From Geobacter sulfurreducens PCA (GTDB taxonomy: Bacteria > Desulfobacterota > Desulfuromonadia > Geobacterales > Geobacteraceae), in NCBI RefSeq assembly GCF_000007985.2, contig NC_002939.5:1680001-1712000 (forward strand): 32,000 nucleotides of DNA, given 5' to 3'. A model generated the notes under the pieces. That model saw only the letters and a program-made list of their open reading frames with translations. It had not been told where the DNA came from and did no database searches. The translations under genes and the position numbers were made by a program. This document shows, in pieces, positions 21,518 to 29,700 of the stretch; within the stretch, counting starts at the first letter, position 1, and each line of letters begins with the position of its first letter.

Positions 21518-22126
21518 ATGGAACGATATCTGGCGGAGTCGGACATCATCGACTGGAAGCACCCGGACATTCTGTCCCTGGCAGCGGCGCTCTCGGCCGG
21601 TTGCCGCCCGGCGAGCGAGATCGCCGGAAGATGCTTTGAATGGGTGCGCGACAATGTCCGTCACAGCTGGGACTATCAGCTCAACCCCGTGACCTGCACG
21701 GCATCGGACGTCCTGCGCCACCGGACCGGGTACTGCTATGCCAAGAGCCACCTGCTCGCGGCGCTCCTGCGGGCATGCGGCATCCCGGCGGGTTTCTGCT
21801 ATCAGCGGCTGAGCCTGGACGGCAGCGGGGCGCCCTACTGCCTGCACGGCCTGAATGCGGTATTCCTGCCGGAGCATGGCTGGTACCGGATCGATCCCCG
21901 GGGCAACAAAGAGGGGATCGATGCCCGGTTCACCCCCCCGGTCGAGCGCCTGGCATTCTCGACGGACGACAGCCTGGAAGCCGATCTTCCCGAGATATGG
22001 CCGGAGCCCCTGGACTGCGTGGTCTCGGTGCTGCGCCGCCACGACGACTATCGGGACGTGTACGCCAACCTGCCAGACGTTGAGCTGGTGCGGACGATCA
22101 GCGTCCGGCCCTGCGCCGCACGGTGA
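21518..22126 (+). CDS. Transglutaminase-like cysteine protease superfamily protein
   Basis: 202 aa. The core motif is RTGYCYAKSHLLAALLRACGIPAGF (Cys nucleophile context), followed by HGWYRIDPRGN (His/Asp context). Confidence 0.82.
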   Translation: MERYLAESDIIDWKHPDILSLAAALSAGCRPASEIAGRCFEWVRDNVRHSWDYQLNPVTCTASDVLRHRTGYCYAKSHLLAALLRACGIPAGFCYQRLSLDGSGAPYCLHGLNAVFLPEHGWYRIDPRGNKEGIDARFTPPVERLAFSTDDSLEADLPEIWPEPLDCVVSVLRRHDDYRDVYANLPDVELVRTISVRPCAAR

Positions 22127-22301
22127 CCGACTCGCCGCCGATCCCCCAGTTGTCGGTATCCACCTCGTCGATCACCACCACCGTGGTGGCCGGATTCTTT
22201 CCCAGGACATCCACCAGCAGCTGGGTGGCCCCCCTGATCAGGGCCGCCTTCTGTTCCGCCGTCGCTCCTTCCCGGGTGATCTTGATGTTCACGTAGGGCA
22301 T
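22098..22301 (-). CDS. 4-oxalocrotonate tautomerase family enzyme
   Basis: 67 aa. MPYVNIKITREGATAEQKAALIRGATQLLVDVLGKNP has the catalytic Pro-1 context and the typical length. A strong GGAG lies upstream. Its 3' end overlaps the transglutaminase-like gene by 29 nt. Confidence 0.85.
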   Translation of the reverse strand: MPYVNIKITREGATAEQKAALIRGATQLLVDVLGKNPATTVVVIDEVDTDNWGIGGESVTVRRRAGR

Positions 22302-22354
22302 GGTACCGTTCTCCTCTCGGTTATCGTGCGGGTTGCCATATCCACCAGAATTCT

Positions 22355-22389
22355 ACACCACTGATCCACGCCAGGTGGTGTTTCTTTTT
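22355..22389 (+). terminator. Plus-strand intrinsic-terminator-like hairpin with T-run, located upstream (in minus sense) of the tautomerase gene
   Basis: acaccactg-atccacgc-caggtggtgt is a 9-bp stem with one bulge, followed by ttctttttg. No comparable U-tract follows it on the minus strand. Confidence 0.45.
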
Positions 22390-22524
22390 GGTGCAGTGAA
22401 GGGCGGTGCCGCGCAAGGACCCGTCGCAGTCGGTGAGGGGGGCACTACGCAGCCAGGCTGTTGTGAGACGGCCGAACCGGGAGTATCTTCGGGGATGGTC
22501 GGTTTAGGTGGTGTTAATCTAAGT

Positions 22525-22540
22525 TGGCGATATATTTGCA
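22525..22540 (+). promoter_or_regulatory. Candidate sigma54 (RpoN) -24/-12 promoter for the Sia-like operon
   Basis: TGGCGA-TATAT-TTGCA matches the TGGCAC-N5-TTGCW consensus with the correct GG-to-GC spacing. It lies 55 nt upstream of ATG 22595. Confidence 0.5.
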
Positions 22541-22594
22541 TGCTGTTTGCTGCGGAGTTGCAGGCGCGATGCGCCCGCCGCGGACAGGGAGACG

Positions 22595-24580
22595 ATGTCC
22601 ATGCAGGTCACGAGCCTCAAAGCAAAATTCATTTCCGTCATCGTCCTCATCAGTTTAGCGGTGGGGGGGCTGACCCTCTTCGCCTTTGACACCAGCACGT
22701 CCGGCATCATTGACGATCTGGCTCTCCGGTTCGCTACCAAGGAGGCGCTGCTGGAGAAAAACAAGGTCATCTCCGTCATCGAGCGGGAGGTGGCACTGGC
22801 CCGGATGATGGCCCGGGACGTCACCCTCAGGCACTGGGCATCGGACGAGGGGAACCGCGAACTGCAGCGCGCGGCCTTTGCGGAGCTGGAAAACTACCGC
22901 ACCCTCTACCGGGACAAAAGTTTCTTCATTGCCCTGGCGGCGTCGAACCATTATTACGTCTATGACAAGCGAAACGGACACGGCCGTGTCGAAATGGTGA
23001 CACTTGACGGGTCCAAGCCCCACGATCGCTGGTTCTTCGAGGGGCTTCGCTCAATCGACGACTACGCCCTGAACCTGGATTACAACGCCACCCTGCAGGA
23101 GATCAAGGTCTGGTTCAACGCGGCCATGACCGACGGCAGCGGCCGAAAGATCGGCATCTGCGGCGGCGGCATCACCATTTCCGACTTCCTCAATCAGGTG
23201 GTGCACACCCGTCAGAAGGGGCTTTCAACCATACTGATGGACCGCGCCGGGGTGGTGCAGGCCCACGAGGACCGGAAAGTGGTGGAGCATAACGCCAACA
23301 CCCGCGACGTGGACCGAAAGATCACGATCTTCACCCTCATGGGCGATCCGGCGCGGGAAGCGCAGGTGCGGGGGGCCATCGAGTCCCTGGCGGCCGGGCG
23401 GAGCGAGGTGGAGGCGTTCCCGGTGCGGTTCGGCGGCAAGAGCTATCTCATGGCGATTTCGTTCCTGGAGGGGATGGGCTGGTTCAACGTAGTTCTGGTC
23501 GACGTATCCCGCGTCATCAGCATGAAGCAGTTCCTCCCCATCATCGCGGTCATGTCCCTGTCGCTGCTGTTGGGCATCCTGGCCATCGGCTTCCTGATAA
23601 ACCGGATGGTGCTGACGCCCCTGGGGAGACTGTCCGCCGCGTCCCGGGAGATTGCCGCCGGGCGGTACGATATTTCGCTGCCCGTGACCGGCCGGGACGA
23701 ACTGGGGGAGCTGACCGGCTCGTTCAATGCCATGAGTGCCATGGTCCTGGACCACACCACCAATCTCGAAGCCAGGGTCAGGGAACGCACCGACGAACTT
23801 TCCGCGGCCAACCGACTGCTGGAGGATTCCCAGCGCAGGATCATGGAGAGCATCACCTATGCCCGCATGATCCAGACCTCGATCCTGCCCGACCGGGAGT
23901 CGCTGGAGCGCTGCCTGGGCGACCATTTCATCCTCTACCGGCCCAAGGAGCCGGTTGGGGGGGATTTCTACTACCTGCGCGAGTTCCCGGACCACTTCCT
24001 GCTGGCGGTGATCGACTGCACGGGCCACGGCATTCCGGGCGCGTTCATGACCATGACCGTTAACGCGGTGCTGAACCACGTGGTGGATGTCTGCTGCAAC
24101 GACGATCCGTCCCGCATCCTGGCGGAGCTCAATCGCGTGCTGCGGAACACCCTGCACCTGCGGGACGTGGATGCCGGACTCGACATCGCTCTCTGCATGG
24201 TGGAGCGGCGAGCGGGCCGGTTGACCTTCGCCGGGGCGGGGCTTCCGCTGGTGCTGGTTTCCGGCGGAGAGGTGCGGGAGGTGCGCGGTGACCACCAGCG
24301 CGTGGGCTACAAGGGCTCCCGGATCGACTACCGGTACACCAACCATGTGCTGACCCCGGCAGCCGGAGACAGCTGCTACCTGACGACCGACGGCCTGCTG
24401 GACGAGCCGGGCGGAGTCAAGGGATACGGTTTCGGCTCGGAGCGGCTCAGGATGATCCTGGCCGATCATGCGCACCTCGCCATGCCGGCCCAGGCCGAGG
24501 CTGTCGAGGCGGCCCTGGACGCCTATCGGGGCGACCATCGCCAGCGCGACGACATTACCTTGGCGGGATTCCGTTTCTGA
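22595..24580 (+). CDS. siaA: SiaA-like membrane sensor: periplasmic Cache-like domain, HAMP, PP2C (SpoIIE/RsbU-type) phosphatase
   Basis: ATG 22595 follows GGGAGA. TM1 (FISVIVLISLAVGGLTLFAF) is followed by a periplasmic region of about 290 aa, then TM2. Next come HAMP (LTPLGRLSAASREIAAGRYD..ELGELTGSFNAM), a coiled coil, and the PP2C motifs GGDFYY, AVIDCTGHG and DDITLAGFRF. Confidence 0.85.
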   Translation: MSMQVTSLKAKFISVIVLISLAVGGLTLFAFDTSTSGIIDDLALRFATKEALLEKNKVISVIEREVALARMMARDVTLRHWASDEGNRELQRAAFAELENYRTLYRDKSFFIALAASNHYYVYDKRNGHGRVEMVTLDGSKPHDRWFFEGLRSIDDYALNLDYNATLQEIKVWFNAAMTDGSGRKIGICGGGITISDFLNQVVHTRQKGLSTILMDRAGVVQAHEDRKVVEHNANTRDVDRKITIFTLMGDPAREAQVRGAIESLAAGRSEVEAFPVRFGGKSYLMAISFLEGMGWFNVVLVDVSRVISMKQFLPIIAVMSLSLLLGILAIGFLINRMVLTPLGRLSAASREIAAGRYDISLPVTGRDELGELTGSFNAMSAMVLDHTTNLEARVRERTDELSAANRLLEDSQRRIMESITYARMIQTSILPDRESLERCLGDHFILYRPKEPVGGDFYYLREFPDHFLLAVIDCTGHGIPGAFMTMTVNAVLNHVVDVCCNDDPSRILAELNRVLRNTLHLRDVDAGLDIALCMVERRAGRLTFAGAGLPLVLVSGGEVREVRGDHQRVGYKGSRIDYRYTNHVLTPAAGDSCYLTTDGLLDEPGGVKGYGFGSERLRMILADHAHLAMPAQAEAVEAALDAYRGDHRQRDDITLAGFRF

Positions 24581-24638
24581 CGGTCCGCCGGGACGCCGCG
24601 AACAGTGTTCGCGCCATTGCTATCAACAGGGAGGAATC

Positions 24639-25169
24639 ATGGATCTCTTTCAGCTCCGGGAACAGTTCTCCAGGGACGGCATCCTCATGTGCTTCAACGG
24701 CCCCTTCTCTCACAGCATCATCGAGGAGATCGGCATTGCCATCAGGAACCACTTGGCCGCCGAGAACATTGCCCGCATGGCGGTTCAGGACGTGTTCGCC
24801 GTCTACATCGAGATGACCCAGAACGCCCGCAACTATCTGACCCGCCGGGACATCTCCCCGGCCGAGGCCGGTTCGGCCACCATCGTCATTGCCCGGCGGG
24901 ACGAGTTCTACTCCGTCACCTCGGGCAACGTGATCCTGAATGATGATGTGGAGCAGCTGCGCACCCGGATTGACCACATCAAGGCCCAGGCGCCGGACGA
25001 GCTGAAAAAGCTCATCCGGCAGCAACTGCGTGCCGAGGTCCAGCCCGGCGCGATGGGGGCGGGCATCGGCCTCATGGAAATGGCTAAGCGGGCCTCCGGC
25101 CGGCTGGAGTACAGCGTCCGCCCCGTCGACGGCCGGCATTCGTTTTTCACGCTGACAGCGCACATCTAG
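24639..25169 (+). CDS. siaB: SiaB-like protein kinase (anti-sigma-factor/HATPase-like partner-switching kinase)
   Basis: 176 aa from ATG 24639, which follows GGGAGGA. ILMCFNGPFSHSIIEEIG.., VYIEMTQNARNY and GAMGAGIGLMEMAKRAS (G-box) fit the SiaB-type kinase family. Its position between the PP2C and DUF1987 genes also fits. Confidence 0.75.
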   Translation: MDLFQLREQFSRDGILMCFNGPFSHSIIEEIGIAIRNHLAAENIARMAVQDVFAVYIEMTQNARNYLTRRDISPAEAGSATIVIARRDEFYSVTSGNVILNDDVEQLRTRIDHIKAQAPDELKKLIRQQLRAEVQPGAMGAGIGLMEMAKRASGRLEYSVRPVDGRHSFFTLTAHI

Positions 25170-25179
25170 GAGGCTCCGC

Positions 25180-25560
25180 ATGCGAGTGTTCGATACCATA
25201 CAGCAGACCGTCTCAACGCCCCTGGTCAGCTATGAGCCCGGGGGGCGGGTCCTGGCGATTTCGGGCGAATCCTACCCGGAAAACTCCTTCGAGTTCTACG
25301 CACCCATCGCCCAGTGGGTGAAAGCGGCCCTCGCCGATCCCGAGGGGCTCACGCTGGACATCAACGTCAGCTACATGAACAGCAGCAGCACCAAGTGCAT
25401 GCTTGATCTGCTCGACCTGTTCGAGGACGCCTACGGCCGGGGAGCAGCCGTGTCCATCACCTGGCGCTACGACAGGGAGAATCCCCGGTCCCTTGATCTT
25501 GCAGAGGAGTTCAAGGAAGAGGTCACCCTGCCGTTTGCCATCGTGGAACTGGAAGAATGA
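25180..25560 (+). CDS. siaC: SiaC-like DUF1987 regulatory phosphoprotein
   Basis: 126 aa. LAISGESYPENSFEFYAPIAQWV and INVSYMNSSSTKCMLDLLDL are hallmark DUF1987 blocks, and the latter contains the likely phospho-Thr. AGGAGG lies upstream. Confidence 0.85.
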   Translation: MRVFDTIQQTVSTPLVSYEPGGRVLAISGESYPENSFEFYAPIAQWVKAALADPEGLTLDINVSYMNSSSTKCMLDLLDLFEDAYGRGAAVSITWRYDRENPRSLDLAEEFKEEVTLPFAIVELEE

Positions 25561-25567
25561 GGTGGGT

Positions 25568-26737
25568 ATGCCGCGAAAGAAGAAAACCGTCGAAGACCCC
25601 GCGCTGACCCGTGCCTTGAAGGTCATGGAGGCGGGCGCGTTGCCGGATGCTGACCTGGCCGCCGAATTCGCCACCCTGGCCGAGAGTTACGGGAAGCTGC
25701 TGCGCAAATTCAACAAGACGCTCGTGATCAGCGATGCCTACGAGGCCCAGCATCAGGCAATGGCCAAGAAGCTGGAGGAGGCCACCTGGAAGTATCGTCA
25801 GTTGAAGGATGTGGCGCTCCCGATCTGCATGTACTGCAAGAAGATCCGCTCCGACGACGACTACTGGCAGCGGCTGGAAACGTTTTTCTGCAACCATGCC
25901 GATATCATGTTCAGTCACGGGATCTGCCCGGACTGCATCAAGACCGCCTATGAGAAGATGGGGATGAACAGGAGGGCCATGCCGCTGCCGGATGCTGCCG
26001 TGACCGGACAGCCGGCGGCGTCTCCCGAGCGGCAGCCGGTGGAGGACGACGCCCTCAGGGAGATGCGGGCGCTGGTGCGCCGGAGTGCCTTTGACGGGAG
26101 TCCGGTTGCGCCCGAGGTGGAACAGTTCGTCGAAAAGTACGGCAAGCTGCTGCGCCGCTTCAGCAAGATCGTCTCCATCAGCGACAGCTACCAGTCACAG
26201 CTCCGGGAGCTCAACGCCCGGCTGGAGCTGATGGCCCGCACCGATCTTCTCACCGGTCTCGCCAACCACTGGGAGATGGTGATGCGACTGGCAGCGGAGC
26301 AGAGTCGTTCGGAGCGAAACGGGAAGGTCTTTTCGATCGTGCTGGCGGATATCGATCACTTCAAGAAGGTCAACGACACCCACGGGCACCAGGCCGGCGA
26401 CCGGGTCATCCGGGGGATCGCCGACACCCTGCGTACCAATATCCGCCGCGAAGACATCTGCAGCCGGTGGGGAGGGGAGGAGTTCCTCATCATACTGCCG
26501 GAGGCGGATTTGCCGCGGGCCGGGGCCGTGGCGGCGAAGCTCCTCGCCAAGGTGCGGAATACGGTGGTCCCGTGGGATGGGCGCGACATCCGGGTCACCG
26601 TGAGCATCGGCTATGGCACCAGCGAACCCGGCATGAGCGTCGATGAACTGATCAGGCGAGTCGACGATGCCCTCTACAGCGCCAAGGCCGCGGGCCGCGA
26701 CCGGTTCGCCGCGGCCGGTTCCCGCGCCGACGTCTGA
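25568..26737 (+). CDS. siaD: SiaD-like diguanylate cyclase (GGDEF) with a duplicated N-terminal stalk helix and an inserted Cys/His module
   Basis: 389 aa from ATG 25568. The GGDEF domain has DIDHFKKVNDTHGHQAGD, the RRED I-site and RWGGEEF. The ORF-track start at 25403 overlaps siaC and is rejected. Confidence 0.85.
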   Translation: MPRKKKTVEDPALTRALKVMEAGALPDADLAAEFATLAESYGKLLRKFNKTLVISDAYEAQHQAMAKKLEEATWKYRQLKDVALPICMYCKKIRSDDDYWQRLETFFCNHADIMFSHGICPDCIKTAYEKMGMNRRAMPLPDAAVTGQPAASPERQPVEDDALREMRALVRRSAFDGSPVAPEVEQFVEKYGKLLRRFSKIVSISDSYQSQLRELNARLELMARTDLLTGLANHWEMVMRLAAEQSRSERNGKVFSIVLADIDHFKKVNDTHGHQAGDRVIRGIADTLRTNIRREDICSRWGGEEFLIILPEADLPRAGAVAAKLLAKVRNTVVPWDGRDIRVTVSIGYGTSEPGMSVDELIRRVDDALYSAKAAGRDRFAAAGSRADV

Positions 26738-26747
26738 GCATGTCCCC

Positions 26748-26776
26748 TGCGGAGGCGCCGGTCCCGGCCCTCCGCA
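26748..26776. terminator. GC-rich hairpin between convergent siaD-like and histidine kinase genes
   Basis: tgcggagg .. cctccgca is an 8-bp stem with an inner gccgg/ccggc pairing. It fills the 39-nt gap between the two stop codons. There is no U-tract. Confidence 0.35.
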
Positions 26777-29700
26777 TCACCCCTGCAGCGCCTCCCTGAT
26801 TTTTCCATCCAGTGTTGTAATGGTGAATGGCTTCTGCAGAAAGTGCAGGTCCTGTCCCAGCTCACTCCGATTGGACAGGATGTCCGAAGTGTAGCCCGAC
26901 ATGAAGAGGATTTTTATGTCCGGATTGGCCGCGCGCAGCTGGACTGCCAGGTCGTGGCCGTTCATACCGGGCATGATGACGTCGGTAATCAGCAGGTTGA
27001 TGGACCCCGCATGTGTCACGGCACTCTGCAGGGCCTCCTCCGGCGAGTTCACCGGCAGAACCTTGTACCCCAGCTTTTCGAGCATTGCTGCGCCCATGTG
27101 CATGATGGCTGCTTCGTCTTCTACGAACAGGATGGTTTCCGTCCCGCCGATAATCTCGGGCGCTGCCGGGATCGGGGCATCGGTCGGGGCGCTTGCGGCG
27201 GGGAAATAGATACGGAACGTGGATCCGTTACCCGGTAAGCTGCTGACCCTGATCTGGCCGCCGCATTGCTGGACTATGCCGTAGACCGTTGCCAGTCCCA
27301 GGCCGGTGCCGTGGCCCAGTTCCTTGGTGGTGAAGAACGGCTCGAAGATGTGTTCAAGCAGTTCCGGCCCGATGCCGCAGCCCGTGTCGCTCACCTCCAG
27401 CAGCACGTAGTCGCCGGGGGGGATGTCGTCCGTGCCGCTGGCCTCCCCGAAGGTTCCATTCGAGGTCTGGATGTTGATCTCCCCCGTGCCGGCAATCGCG
27501 TCCCGGGCGTTCACGCACAGGTTGACCAGGATCTGGTCCAACTGGGAGGGGTCGATCTTAACCCGCCTGAGGTTATAGCCCGGATTCCAGCCCAGCTTGA
27601 TATTTTCGCCCAGCAGCCTGCGCAGCATCTTGAGCATGCTGGTAATGGTGTCGTTCAGGTCCAGCACCTTGGGCACGATGGTCTGCTTGCGCGAGAACGT
27701 GAGCAACTGCTTGGTGATTTCGGCGGACCGCTTGGCGGCGCCCTGAATCTCTTCCAGGTTGTGATACAGGGGATTGTCCCGGTCCGTCTGCATCAGCGCG
27801 AGCTCGGTCCGGCCGATGATGATGCTCAGCATGTTGTTGAAATCGTGGGCCACGCCGCCGGCCAAACGGCCGATGGAATCCATTTTCTGCGCCTGGAAGA
27901 GCTGTTGCTCCATTCTGCGGTGTTCCGTGATATCCAGGGCGATGGAGAGGAGCCGTTTTCGGCCCGCAACGGGGATGATCGTTCCCCAGTACTTGCAGAG
28001 CACCTTTGCGCCCGATTTGGATCGCGTCTCCAGTTCCAGATCCTGGATCGAGCCGTTCTTCAGCATCATTTCCTTCAACCGTGTCCGGTCGGATGCACCG
28101 AGCCACCCGAGGGACACGGCGGTGTTGGCCAAGACCTCTTCCCTGCTGAAGCCGGAGATGTCGAGGAACCGCTGGTTCACATCCAGGTACCGGCCATCCT
28201 CGATGGTGCTGATGGTGATCATGAGCGGGGCGTTGTTGAAGGCCGACGAGAATTTCTCGTCGCTCTCGCGGAGCGAGTCGTGGACTTGCTTGCGCTCGGC
28301 AATATCCCAGACGAGGTCCGCAAAACGGGAAACAACGGCGATGTCTTCCCGGGTGTAGTCGGTCTTCTTGTTACCGATGCCGAGGATTCCGGCAATCTTG
28401 TCATGGCGCATGATCGGCATGGTCAGCTGCCGGTTCACCGGGGCGTGCCCGAGGGGGAGACCCTTGCGGTGGGGCAGCGACGCATAGTCATTATGGATGA
28501 CCGGCTGGCGCAGAGAGGCACAGTCGGTCCAGACGCCGGCCCGGCTGATGTCGTAATGCCTGTGGCTGCACTCGGCCGTACACAGTTCGGCCGTGCGCGA
28601 AGACCAGGCATGAAGGGTGATGGTGCGCTGATCCTCCTGCAGCAGATGGAAAAAACCGAGTTCGCTGCCGGTAAGCTCTTCGAGACGGTCGAGCGTCTCG
28701 GTCAGCAGTTCGTCCAGCGAGTGGGAAACGCTGTACTCGATGAGGTGCGTCCTGGCCAGCAGGAGCTGTGCCTCCTTTTTCTCCGCGGTGATGTCCCGCC
28801 AGATGCAGTGGTAGACGTTCTTTCCCTTGATGTGAGAATACTGGGCCCTGACCAGGATGGACCTCTGCTCGCCCTGCTTGGTGCGCTGCAGGGTTTCGAA
28901 CTCGTCGTATCCGTCGCGCATAATTTTCTGAATGCGGTTCCTGGTTTGCTCCGGCGACTCGACGATGTCGATGTCGGATATCTTCAGGCGGCTGAACTCT
29001 TCCCGCGTATAGCCGAGCTGACGGCAAGCCTGGTCATTGAAGTCGATGAGGGTGGCGTTTTCGGGGTCGATGATGACGACGCCATAAGGGTTCTGCTCGA
29101 AAAGCGTGCGGTGGAGAAGCTCGCTTTCCCTGAGCCGGTCCTCCAGTTGCTTGCGTTCGCTGATGTCCGTGCAGGCTCCGCGGTAGCCGACCAGGGTTCC
29201 GTGCTCATCCAGTATCGGCAGGGCGTTGGTGCTCATCCAGATGGTCCTGCCGTCCACGGCCACAACGGGATGAACCACCTCTTCCACTATCGTTTTGCTC
29301 GCGAACATCTCCAAAAACGATGTCTTGAATCTCTCGCGCCCCTCTGTGGGGTGGATTTCGTAAAAACGCATCGCACCGACCAGTTCGTTCGGTAGATACC
29401 CGAACACCGACTCGACCACGGGGCTCACATAGGTGAACAGGCCGGTCACGTCGATTTCCCAGGTGATGGTGCGGCTCTGGGCGGCAAGCTGATTGTAGCG
29501 CGCTGCACTTTCCTCGAGTTCCTTTTCCAGCTGATACTTCTTGTGCCGTGCGGAGAGCAGGCCGCCGAGCAGCGCCGTGCACAGGGGGTAGATCAGGATG
29601 ACGGGGAGGGCGAGAGACGCCATGGTCCTGGCAATGAGTTCCGTGGGCAGGAGCAGCATACACAGGATCATCCCCAGGTGGACCACCACGCCGAACAGGT

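Noticed and set aside
20789-22042. 417-aa minus-strand ORF spanning the ferritin-like and transglutaminase-like genes
   Set aside because: It crosses an intergenic gap and two recognisable plus-strand genes. The product is Arg/Gly/Pro-rich with no family resemblance.
22390-22520. GC-rich structured-looking stretch between the plus-strand hairpin and the sigma54 element, examined for riboswitch, tRNA or other known RNA motifs
   Set aside because: I could not match it to any RNA family signature I know (no B12 box, no GEMM, no tRNA arms) and I saw no convincing conserved-looking helices.
23225-24538. 437-aa ORF antisense to the siaA-like gene
   Set aside because: It is a shadow of a gene with clear HAMP and PP2C motifs and has no motifs of its own.
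24468-24638. Upstream extensions of ORF-track entries: siaB-like from 24468, siaD-like from 25403, peroxidase from 11359, DUF4382 from GTG 31317, kinase from 30157
   Set aside because: Each extension overlaps the preceding gene or a terminator, or lacks an RBS. In every case an internal ATG has a good Shine-Dalgarno sequence and gives a sensible N-terminus, such as a signal peptide or a family-typical start.
27266-29395. 709-aa ORF antisense to the hybrid histidine kinase
   Set aside because: The minus-strand frame carries unmistakable PAS/GAF/HisKA/HATPase/REC motifs. The plus-strand product has none and looks like shadow-frame sequence.
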